From a virus (lineage: Duplodnaviria; Caudoviricetes): 43,650 bases of DNA. The stretch spans positions 1 through 43,650 of IMG/VR virus record IMGVR_UViG_3300048857_000042; one strand, given 5' to 3'. Below, in pieces: positions 26,454-34,588 of this stretch. The notes below the pieces were generated by a model that saw nothing but the letters and a program-made list of their open reading frames with translations, searched no databases and was not told the origin of the DNA. The stretch's first letter is position 1. Each line of letters starts with the position of its first letter. The translations under genes were made by a program, and so were the position numbers.

Positions 26454-26481
26454 ATTTTACTCTCACTCATTTCAACGTCAA
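26454..26481 (-). promoter_or_regulatory. sigma70-type promoter driving the hairpin array
   Basis: TTGACG (26481-26476) - 16 nt - TAAAAT (26459-26454); predicted start near 26448 coincides with the first hairpin. Confidence 0.75.
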
Positions 26482-26482
26482 C

Positions 26483-26510
26483 GCCGCCCACAGAGGCGGC
26501 ATTTTCATTT
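26483..26510 (+). terminator. terminator-like hairpin
   Basis: GCCGCC-CACAGA-GGCGGC then ATTTTCATTT. Confidence 0.6.
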
Positions 26511-26559
26511 CCGAGCTTCACGTAGGCCGGTGCACGAGGTGCTGGCCGCGATGATGAGC

Positions 26560-26584
26560 AGCCGTCCAGAGGGGCGGCTTTTTT
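26560..26584 (+). terminator. intrinsic terminator upstream of the scaffold gene
   Basis: AGCCGTCC-AGAG-GGGCGGCT then TTTTT. Confidence 0.7.
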
Positions 26585-26597
26585 GTTGAGAAAACCC

Positions 26598-27455
26598 ATG
26601 AACGTGGATGACAACCAGGACAACGGGCTGGCGGACGAGGATCTGCTGGCCGGCGGCGAACAGTCTGAGGCTGACACCGAGGAGAACAACACCTCCGAGG
26701 ACGATGCCAATACAGAGACTGAGGACGAGGATGGCGCCGATGAAGCCGATTCCGATGCCTCGGATGACGAAAGCGACGAAGACGATCAGCCGAAGCGCAA
26801 GCGCCGCACCGGCAGTGAGCGTCTGAGGCGCCGTATCGAGGCTCTTGAGGCCGAAAACCAGTCCCTGCGCAGTCGCCCCCAGGTTGATGGCGCGGACTTG
26901 GAGAAGGCCGTTCTGGCTGAGATCGGCGAGCCCCCGAAGGAGTCGGACTATCCCGACTATCTCGCCTTCGAGCGGGCGATGATCGCCTATGAGGCTGACA
27001 AACGGGCGGTCACCCGTGAGGTCAAGCGCACCATGGCAAGCCAAGCGGCCAGTGACGCTGCCAGGCGGGCCGAAGTGTTCGAGGCCTACGATGATCGTCT
27101 TGAGCAAGCCGAGAAGGCTCTCCCGGGCCTGAAGGCGACCATTGCGAAGGCAGACGTTCAGATCCGTCAGCACGTGGTCGGTCTCATCGTCGAGAGCGAG
27201 AAAGGTCCTCTGATCGCTCATCATCTGGCGAAGAACCCCAGCAAAGCCGCCGAACTCAATCGCATGCCGCCTCTCGCGGCGGCGCGCGAAATCGGCCGTC
27301 TGGAGGCTCGCCTGTCTCTGCCCAAACCCAAAACCACAACCTCGGCCCCTCCGCCCATCACCCCTCCGCGGGGCTCGGCGGCTCCTGCCAAAGATCCTTC
27401 GAAGATGTCCAACGCCGAATACCGGGCGTGGCGTCAGAAGACCGGTAGGAAGTAA
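26598..27455 (+). CDS. capsid scaffolding protein
   Basis: Highly acidic N-terminus, coiled coils, GPLIAHHLAKNP...AAREIGRLEARL, C-terminal MSNAEYRAWR; between portal and coat. Confidence 0.85.
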   Translation: MNVDDNQDNGLADEDLLAGGEQSEADTEENNTSEDDANTETEDEDGADEADSDASDDESDEDDQPKRKRRTGSERLRRRIEALEAENQSLRSRPQVDGADLEKAVLAEIGEPPKESDYPDYLAFERAMIAYEADKRAVTREVKRTMASQAASDAARRAEVFEAYDDRLEQAEKALPGLKATIAKADVQIRQHVVGLIVESEKGPLIAHHLAKNPSKAAELNRMPPLAAAREIGRLEARLSLPKPKTTTSAPPPITPPRGSAAPAKDPSKMSNAEYRAWRQKTGRK

Positions 27456-27484
27456 CGGCCACATCGTGAAAGGCTAAAGAGCCC

Positions 27485-28720
27485 ATGGCTAACAAGCTCA
27501 TCACTCCACAGGTCATCGCCAAAGAGGCGCTGATGCAGGTGGAGAACAACCTGGTTTTCGGTAACCGGGTCCACCGCGAATACAAGAAGGAGTTCGTGAA
27601 GGTCGGCGACACGGTTTCCATCCGGAAGCCGGTGAAGTTCTATGCCGCTGATGGCGCGAACCTCCAGAAGCAGGACGTCGAAGAGGGCAACACCTCGATC
27701 AAGGTCGACCAGCGCAAGCACGTCGGCTGGGAGTTCTCGTCTCAGGACCTGACTCTCTCCATCGAGGAGTACTCGAAGCGCTACATCGAACCGGCCTGCA
27801 TCACGCTGGCTCAGGTCGTGGATCAGGCCATCGCAGGACAGTACTTCAAGTTCTGGAACTTCGTCGGTACGCCTGGCACCACGCCGTCTTCCTTCCAGCA
27901 TTTGGCGGCCGCCGCGCAGCGCATGGACGAGATGGCCGTGCCATCGAAGCCCCGCAATGCTGTCGTGAACCCGGCGGCTGGCTGGTCTCTCGCCGGTGGC
28001 CAGACGGCCCTCTACATGACGGACGTCGCTAAGGGCGCCTACCGCGAAGGCACCATCGGTGACATCGCTGGCTTCGATACGTTCCGCTCGCAGAACGTGA
28101 AGAACCACATCGTCGGCACCAAGGCGGGTGCACCGCTGGTCAATGGCGCGAACCAGAACGTCACCTATCAATCCGTCTCGTCTACCGGCAACAAGCAGAG
28201 CCTTGTGACCGATGGCTGGACGGCTGGTTCGGCGGTGCTGAAGAAGGGCGACGTGTTCACGATCGCCGGCGTCTATGCGGTCAACCCAGTCCCGGGCGAG
28301 GGCGCCACCGGCAAGCAGCAGATGCCCTATCTGCAGCAGTTTACCGTCTTGGCTGATGCCGTGGCGGATGGCACCGGCAACGCCACCCTGACGATCGCCC
28401 CGGCGATCATCACCTCGGGTGCCCAGCAGACCGTTTCGGCGGCTCCTGCGGACAATGCGCAGATCACGGTGGTTACCGGCAACGCAGGCCAGGCCTATCC
28501 GCAGAACCTGATGTTCGCCCGCAATGCGCTGGCGCTGGTCACGGTTCCGCTGATCATGCCGGACGGTGCGTCCTTCAAGGCTCAGGAGAGCCACGAAGGC
28601 CTCTCCATCCGCGTGATCAAGGACTACGACATCAACACCGATAAGGAGATCATCCGTCTCGATGTGATGTTCGGCGTCGAAGCCATCTACGCGGACCTCG
28701 GCGTCCGTATGACCGGCTAA
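27485..28720 (+). CDS. P22-type major capsid (coat) protein
   Basis: MANKLITPQVIAKEALMQVENNLVF...KVGDTVSIRKP...IRLDVMFGV. Confidence 0.92.
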   Translation: MANKLITPQVIAKEALMQVENNLVFGNRVHREYKKEFVKVGDTVSIRKPVKFYAADGANLQKQDVEEGNTSIKVDQRKHVGWEFSSQDLTLSIEEYSKRYIEPACITLAQVVDQAIAGQYFKFWNFVGTPGTTPSSFQHLAAAAQRMDEMAVPSKPRNAVVNPAAGWSLAGGQTALYMTDVAKGAYREGTIGDIAGFDTFRSQNVKNHIVGTKAGAPLVNGANQNVTYQSVSSTGNKQSLVTDGWTAGSAVLKKGDVFTIAGVYAVNPVPGEGATGKQQMPYLQQFTVLADAVADGTGNATLTIAPAIITSGAQQTVSAAPADNAQITVVTGNAGQAYPQNLMFARNALALVTVPLIMPDGASFKAQESHEGLSIRVIKDYDINTDKEIIRLDVMFGVEAIYADLGVRMTG

Positions 28721-28809
28721 AGCCTTGGAGGGGAGGGCTCAGCTCTCCCCTTTCGCCCGCAGGCGGCGCTCCGGCCTGCATTCCCGTGAAATCATGATGG
28801 AGGCCCACA

Positions 28810-29232
28810 GTGGCTGACGACAAGAAGACGCCCACCTGGGGCTATCATCCCGTAGAACCGGCGAAGATCTTCCACCTGAAGGCCGGCGAGAAGCTTCCTG
28901 AGGGCTGGCACGATGCACCTGTGGCCCAGGAGCCGGTGGCCGGCACCAACACCACGTCGGGCGAAGATCCCGGCAGGTCTCAGGCTCTCGAAGCTGCCAT
29001 CGCCCGCATCCGCGAGCTCGAGCAGATCATCGATCAGGGCAAGGCCGAGAACGCCGAGCTGCGCGAGGAGCTGAAAGGCGCAGACGAAGAGGCCGATGTG
29101 GCTGCCGTTCAGATCAAGACGCTCACCGAAGAGCGGGATGCTCTCAAGGCCCAGGCCGAGAAGCTGGCTGCTGAGAATGAGCAGCTGCGCACCGGCCACG
29201 TGGCAAAGCCCAAGACCAACAAGGGCCAGTAA
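28810..29232 (+). CDS. head-module hypothetical protein (coiled coil)
   Basis: TPTWGYHP...KIFHL...LPEGWHDAP followed by heptads; GGAGG RBS. Confidence 0.75.
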   Translation: MADDKKTPTWGYHPVEPAKIFHLKAGEKLPEGWHDAPVAQEPVAGTNTTSGEDPGRSQALEAAIARIRELEQIIDQGKAENAELREELKGADEEADVAAVQIKTLTEERDALKAQAEKLAAENEQLRTGHVAKPKTNKGQ

Positions 29233-29234
29233 CC

Positions 29235-29594
29235 ATGGCCCTGACCAAAGCGCAGCTCATCCAAGAGGTCCTTGAGGACCTGGTGGCCACCGGAGCCGGG
29301 CAGACCGCGACGGCCGAGGACACGGCTGCCGTTGAGCGGCGCTTTGGTCCGGCTTGTGAGGATCTCTTTCGCCGCAATATCTGCGACGTCTTCGATGAGG
29401 ACGATATCCCGCTGGAATACTTCAACCACTTGGTTGTGATCGTGAAGAACATCGCCGCTCCGAAGTTCGGAGGTGCTGACGACGAGGCGCAGCGTCTGCG
29501 AGCTGAGGATGCCTTGAGGCACATCAGCCGCCAGAACCAGCCGCGGCGCAAGCTGAAGGTTGATCGGGCCCTGCTGCCGAGGCGCCGCTCCTGA
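29235..29594 (+). CDS. head-to-tail adaptor (P22 gp4-like)
   Basis: Size, position and TKAQLIQEVLEDL...IPLEYFNHLVVIVKNIAAPKFG pattern. Confidence 0.7.
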   Translation: MALTKAQLIQEVLEDLVATGAGQTATAEDTAAVERRFGPACEDLFRRNICDVFDEDDIPLEYFNHLVVIVKNIAAPKFGGADDEAQRLRAEDALRHISRQNQPRRKLKVDRALLPRRRS

Positions 29595-30979
29595 TGCCTG
29601 CTGTCTCATTCCCGAAATCGTCCACGCCTGGCTTGCGGCCGGGTGAGGGTGAAGGGCGTCTCATCAACGCTTACGCCGAGAAAGCGGGCGATACGTTCTA
29701 CATCCGCCGTACGCCGGGACTGTTGGGCTTCTCATCCACGGGGCTGGCTGGTCTGCGGGGGCTCATCGACGTGAACGGCCTCATCTATGGCGTGTTCTCC
29801 AACGGCTCGGCCTTTGTCCTCTCCAATGGAGCGGCTGGTGTGATCGCAAGCGGCTCCATCCCTGGCGCTGATGGGGTCACCTTGGCCCGCAACAATCGGG
29901 TGACTAATGGAACGTCGACACCCGATGTCGTCGCCGTCCGTGAAGGTGGCGGCGCCTATATCGTCGCGTCTCATGCCATCTCGGCTTACCCAGATGCCGA
30001 TCTTCCGGCCACGGTGAACAGTGTCGCTTTCCTCGACGGGTTCTTCGTTTTCACGGTCCCGGATGGCCGGATCTTCGCCTCGCAGCTGAACAGCACAGCC
30101 ACAGAAGCTCTATCTTTCGCCTCAGCAGAGGCAAAGCCCGACGGGTTGGTTCGAGGCTTCGTCTATGCCGGCAACTATTACGCCATGGGAACGGAAACTA
30201 CTGAGGTTTGGAAGAACAATGGCGGCCAGCCGTTCCCACTCATCCGATTCCCGTCAATCATCCCGACCGGTCTGCTGACCACGATGGCGGTTGCTGGCTT
30301 CGAGCTCGGATGGGATCGAGAGCCGTATTTCGTCGCTCATGACGGGACCGTACGAGCTCTGAGGGGCTTTGACGCTCCGGAAGTATCGACGCCGGACGTA
30401 CGGGCCTTCATTGCAAGATCCACAGTCTCGACGCTCGAGGCTTGTGTCTACACCGCCAAAGGGAATGCCTTCTGGGTGTTATCGTCGGATCAGGGAACCT
30501 GGGAGCTCAATGTCACCACAGGCCAGTGGCACGAACGGGTAAGCCAGGGTGCGAACCGCTGGCGTGGAACCCGGTCGATGAAATCGAACGGCAAGTGGAT
30601 CGTCGGTGACAAGCTCTCAACGAACCTCCTATCCATTTCCGATACGCTGACGACAGAAGCTGGTGCGTCGGTCCCCTGGACCATCGAGAGCGCCCCGCTC
30701 AAGAACTATCCATCCCGTGTGGCGGTGCCGGCAGCCTTCGGTGAGTTTACCCAAGCCGATGGCGTGGATGTCCAGGTGTCCTGGTCGTTGGACGGCGGGA
30801 AAACCTGGGCCAATCCGCTAACCCGCAGCCTTGCCACAGCGGACAAACATCCGGTTCGGGTGAACCGCCTTGGGTTGTCGACGCAGCACGGCCTGCGCCT
30901 GCGGTATTCGTCGTCTTCGGCCGCTGATTTCTCATTCCTCGGCGCCTCCGTGCCCGCGCCGCAGGTGAGGGCTCCCTAA
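29594..30979 (+). CDS. tail hub / packaged DNA stabilisation protein (P22 gp10-like)
   Basis: RLINAYAE...RRTPGL, SVAFLDGFFVF, ALSFASAEAKPDGL, TTEVW, WHERVS, SWSLDGGKTW, RLG. Confidence 0.85.
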   Translation: MPAVSFPKSSTPGLRPGEGEGRLINAYAEKAGDTFYIRRTPGLLGFSSTGLAGLRGLIDVNGLIYGVFSNGSAFVLSNGAAGVIASGSIPGADGVTLARNNRVTNGTSTPDVVAVREGGGAYIVASHAISAYPDADLPATVNSVAFLDGFFVFTVPDGRIFASQLNSTATEALSFASAEAKPDGLVRGFVYAGNYYAMGTETTEVWKNNGGQPFPLIRFPSIIPTGLLTTMAVAGFELGWDREPYFVAHDGTVRALRGFDAPEVSTPDVRAFIARSTVSTLEACVYTAKGNAFWVLSSDQGTWELNVTTGQWHERVSQGANRWRGTRSMKSNGKWIVGDKLSTNLLSISDTLTTEAGASVPWTIESAPLKNYPSRVAVPAAFGEFTQADGVDVQVSWSLDGGKTWANPLTRSLATADKHPVRVNRLGLSTQHGLRLRYSSSSAADFSFLGASVPAPQVRAP

Positions 30980-31953
30980 TGGCGACCCAAGACGTTGATG
31001 CCCTGCTGAATACCCAGCCGCCGGCGCTTCCTGCCAATGTAGCCCGGGTAACAGCGGATGGGCGCCCAACCCAGCATCTGCTGAACTGGGAGCTGTTCCA
31101 GACTGACTGGTTCCGCTCCAATATCGTGGCGACCGACCAGCGCATTGATGCGGTGAAGGCGACGGCGGATGGTGCATCGGCGGCAGTCTCCACGGAAACG
31201 AATGCCCGCGTCAGCGCTGACGCGGCGCTCGCCGAACAAATCACCACTGTCTCGGCCACGGCCAACAGCGCAAACGGCAAGGCGAACCAGGCAACGGCGA
31301 GCGGGCAGATCTACTTCGCCGCCAAGGCAGCACCTGGCGGGGCTGTCGCGGCCTACGGGCTCTATCTCTCAGCTGGCAATGCCTTCGCCGGGATGGAGAT
31401 CCTGGCGGACAGTGGCGGCGGAGCTTCGATTGCGTTTTCGGCCACTGACTTCAAGCTAACCGATAGTGGAACGGCCCAGAACGTCTTCAACTATACGGGC
31501 GGTGTCTTCACCTTCAACGTCCCGGTTCAAGTGCAGACGATCGACATCGCTCAGGAGGCGGTCACAAAGCCGAGAACCGTGGCGATCACTTCCGCTTCAA
31601 CCGTTGGCAATACCAGCGGCGGCTGGGTCAACATCATTACTCACGGCGTCACTGCTGATAATGGTGCTTACCCTGCCCTTGTCATTGCCGATTTCGTGTA
31701 TCGCGTCGTGACGGGCTCAGGCACGTCCAGCGGCAACTGGAGACTGGTCAAGGACAGGGGCGGTGCTCTGACCGTTCTTCGGAGCGGTGACCTCACCGTC
31801 TTTACCAATTGGTTTCCCGTACTGACCGCTCGCCTTGTTACCGACGTTCGGGACAATGACACCTTCCGGCTTCAGGTCAGGGTCGGCGGCGACAGCACGG
31901 CTGCATTCGAGTTCGATGACAAGGCCATCCTTGTCGATCTCCGCAAGCGCTAA
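30979..31953 (+). CDS. tail needle / distal tail protein
   Basis: Coiled coil ETNARVSADAALAEQITTVSA followed by a beta-rich C-terminus; gp26 position. Confidence 0.65.
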   Translation: MATQDVDALLNTQPPALPANVARVTADGRPTQHLLNWELFQTDWFRSNIVATDQRIDAVKATADGASAAVSTETNARVSADAALAEQITTVSATANSANGKANQATASGQIYFAAKAAPGGAVAAYGLYLSAGNAFAGMEILADSGGGASIAFSATDFKLTDSGTAQNVFNYTGGVFTFNVPVQVQTIDIAQEAVTKPRTVAITSASTVGNTSGGWVNIITHGVTADNGAYPALVIADFVYRVVTGSGTSSGNWRLVKDRGGALTVLRSGDLTVFTNWFPVLTARLVTDVRDNDTFRLQVRVGGDSTAAFEFDDKAILVDLRKR

Positions 31954-31978
31954 TCACAACAGGCCCTAGGAGGCACCC

Positions 31979-32728
31979 TTGGCTTCACCTTTCTCCGGCA
32001 GCTCTGGCCGCAAGGCCTCTGTGGCGGTTATGGACTATCTTGGTCGCGCTCAGAACGACATCGACAAGCGCCTTTCGCAGGGCCAGAACAAGAGCATCAC
32101 GTCGATCGGCCAGGGCTATCATGACGCCCTGGATGCGAACAACAAAGAGTTCGCTCTCTACGAGCCCTATAAGACAACGGGTTTGGCAGCGTTGAGCGGC
32201 TACACGGATGCCATTGGCATGAACGGTGAGGCGGGCCATGACCGTGCCGTCGAGTCCTTCCGCACATCTCCCGGCTATGAGAAGCAGGTCGAGCAGGCGA
32301 CGGATGCCGTTGCGCGCAAAGCGTCATCCTTGGGCGTCCTCGGTTCCGGCAACACAATGGCTGCCATCACAGACCGTGCTTCGGACCTTGCTGACCAGGA
32401 ATGGGATGATCATCTCGACCGCCTCAACGGCGTGGTCAGCCTCGGCTACGACGCCACAGGCCGTCAGGCCGGTGTTCTAAGTGACCGGGCCGGACTTTAC
32501 ACACAGAAAGGCCGCGACAAGGCCGATGTGTACCGGGGCTTCACTAGCATGGACGTCAATTCTTGGCAGACCACGTCCGGCGCCATCGCCGAGGCCCTAC
32601 ACGGCGGAATGATGGCCGGCCAGAATGCTGCGGCCAACCGGTGGAATGCCGGCATGAGCCTGGCCCAGCTTGCGGCAGGATTCGCCGGTGGCGACGGCTT
32701 CAAAAATATCAAGAACCTGTTCGCGTAA
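31979..32728 (+). CDS. DNA ejection protein (gp7-like)
   Basis: PYKTTGLAALSGY...FRTSPGYE...GVLGSGNTMAAI; Gly/Ala-rich; AGGAGG RBS. Confidence 0.75.
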   Translation: MASPFSGSSGRKASVAVMDYLGRAQNDIDKRLSQGQNKSITSIGQGYHDALDANNKEFALYEPYKTTGLAALSGYTDAIGMNGEAGHDRAVESFRTSPGYEKQVEQATDAVARKASSLGVLGSGNTMAAITDRASDLADQEWDDHLDRLNGVVSLGYDATGRQAGVLSDRAGLYTQKGRDKADVYRGFTSMDVNSWQTTSGAIAEALHGGMMAGQNAAANRWNAGMSLAQLAAGFAGGDGFKNIKNLFA

Positions 32729-32734
32729 GGGGGG

Positions 32735-34588
32735 ATGAGCATGTCTGGTGGATACGGCCCTCCGCTCTTGGATTTCAGCCCGCTTGCTGGGCTGGCGGAT
32801 ACCTTCTTCAAAGCGAGGGAGAACGCCCGCAAGAGCAAGCAGGAAGAGGAAACCCGGGCAACTCTCGCCAGCCTTGGCCAGGGTGACGCGGATTACGATA
32901 CGGTGGGGCGCAAGCTCCTCTCACTGGGCGAGCTGCAGGGTGGCCTCGGCTTCCTCAAGCTGGGCCAGGAGACGAAGGACAAGGCTGCCCAGCGAAAGGC
33001 AGACAGCGCTGCGCTGAGCATCCTTGGTGGGGGCGCTCCGTCTTACGGCACGTCATCGGGGACATCCCGCGCCAACATCGAGCGTGGCACGGTCCACGTC
33101 GCTGAAGATGAAGACGATGTGCAGCGCCTTGAGCGCGCCACCGGCATGGCGGTGGACCAGGACCTCGATAAGGTCGTACGCACCGTCTACGGCGAGGCTG
33201 GCGGCGAAGGCATCATCGGGCAGCGAGCGGTGGCCAGCGTCATTGCCAACCGCGCTCGGGAGAGCGGCATGACGCCGACGGACGTGGTGCTTGCCAAAGG
33301 CCAATTCGAGCCCTGGTCAGATACAGAAGCCCGGGCCCGCATGGAAAGCCTCGACGCGAACTCGCCGGAGTACCGGCAGCTTTCCGACCTGGTGCGGCCC
33401 GTTCTCGCGGGACAGTCCGCTGACCCGACCGGCGGAGCAACCCATTTTTACGCACCGAAGGCTCAGGCTGCTCTCGGCCGCGACGCTCCCTCTTGGGACG
33501 ATGGTACCGGCCAGGATATCGGCAACCACCGCTTCTTCCGGCATGGCTATGGTCCGCAGGGTAAGGTTCAGGTGGCGCAGGCCGATGCTCCGGCGCCAGG
33601 CGCTCAAAACGCGCAGGGGTTCGCCATTCCAGGCCAGGAGCAGCCCTCTCTGATCCTCAAGCTCGAACAGGCACTTGCGAGCCCGAACCTCTCTGATGGA
33701 GCCCGCAAGGCCCTGGAGCGTCGTCTCGATCGCGAATACAAGCGTGCAGACGAGGCCGGGAAGCTGACGGATGAGCAGAGGGAGTATCAGATGGCCCGCG
33801 AGCAGGGCTACAAGGGTTCCTTCATGCAGTTCAAGACAGACCTGAAGAAGGCTGGTGCAACTACGATCAACAACAACGCCGGTGGAGCAGCTGTCGAACC
33901 GGAATTTAATAAGGCAACCGGTAAGGCCATTGGTGAGCGCTTCGATGCCATCTCGAAGGAGGGCGATACCGCACGCTCGGATCTCGCAATGGTCGACCAG
34001 CTCCGCTCTCTGGGCGGAGCCATCAATTTCAAGACCATGCCGGCCTTACGTGGCGAGCTCGCGAAGTACGGCGTGAAGATCGGTGACGACGTCGGCGAGA
34101 TCCAGGCCTACAACTCGATCATCGATAAGCTGACGCCGGCGCAGCGAATCCCGGGCTCGGGCGCCTCGTCCGACCTGGACGTGAAGATGTTCAAGAGCGC
34201 TCTGCCTCAGCTCATCAACACACCCGACGGCAACGGCCTGATCATGGAGATGATGCAGGCGCTGGGTGAGGACAAGATTGCAAGGGCAGTCATCGCTGAG
34301 AGGGCACAAACGGGCGAGATCACACCCGCTCAGGCAATCAACGAGCTTCGGGCGATGCCATCACCCCTCGCCGCCTACAAGCAGCGCTTAGACGACGTTG
34401 CGAAAGCCGCGGCTGCCGAGAATGGAGCTCCCGACCCGAACAAGCGCGTGCAGATCCCGCAGGGATACACCGCTTCTCGCGTCCTCTCGGAAGCCAAGGA
34501 CAGCTACGCCCGAGCCAGCGATGCTCAGAAGGCTCTCATCCGAGAGCGTGTCAGGTCCTATGGGATCGATCCTAAGAGGCTCGACTAA
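32735..34588 (+). CDS. DNA ejection protein with SleB/Hydrolase_2 cell-wall hydrolase domain
   Basis: VVRTVYGEAGGEGIIGQRAVASVIANR...VVLAKGQFEPW...DPTGGATHFY...IGNHRFF. Confidence 0.85.
   Translation: MSMSGGYGPPLLDFSPLAGLADTFFKARENARKSKQEEETRATLASLGQGDADYDTVGRKLLSLGELQGGLGFLKLGQETKDKAAQRKADSAALSILGGGAPSYGTSSGTSRANIERGTVHVAEDEDDVQRLERATGMAVDQDLDKVVRTVYGEAGGEGIIGQRAVASVIANRARESGMTPTDVVLAKGQFEPWSDTEARARMESLDANSPEYRQLSDLVRPVLAGQSADPTGGATHFYAPKAQAALGRDAPSWDDGTGQDIGNHRFFRHGYGPQGKVQVAQADAPAPGAQNAQGFAIPGQEQPSLILKLEQALASPNLSDGARKALERRLDREYKRADEAGKLTDEQREYQMAREQGYKGSFMQFKTDLKKAGATTINNNAGGAAVEPEFNKATGKAIGERFDAISKEGDTARSDLAMVDQLRSLGGAINFKTMPALRGELAKYGVKIGDDVGEIQAYNSIIDKLTPAQRIPGSGASSDLDVKMFKSALPQLINTPDGNGLIMEMMQALGEDKIARAVIAERAQTGEITPAQAINELRAMPSPLAAYKQRLDDVAKAAAAENGAPDPNKRVQIPQGYTASRVLSEAKDSYARASDAQKALIRERVRSYGIDPKRLD

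Noticed and set aside
27434-28594. Long minus-strand ORFs opposite structural genes (also 22570..23520, 26505..27464, 17847..18806)
   Set aside because: Antisense to confidently identified genes; no independent signals
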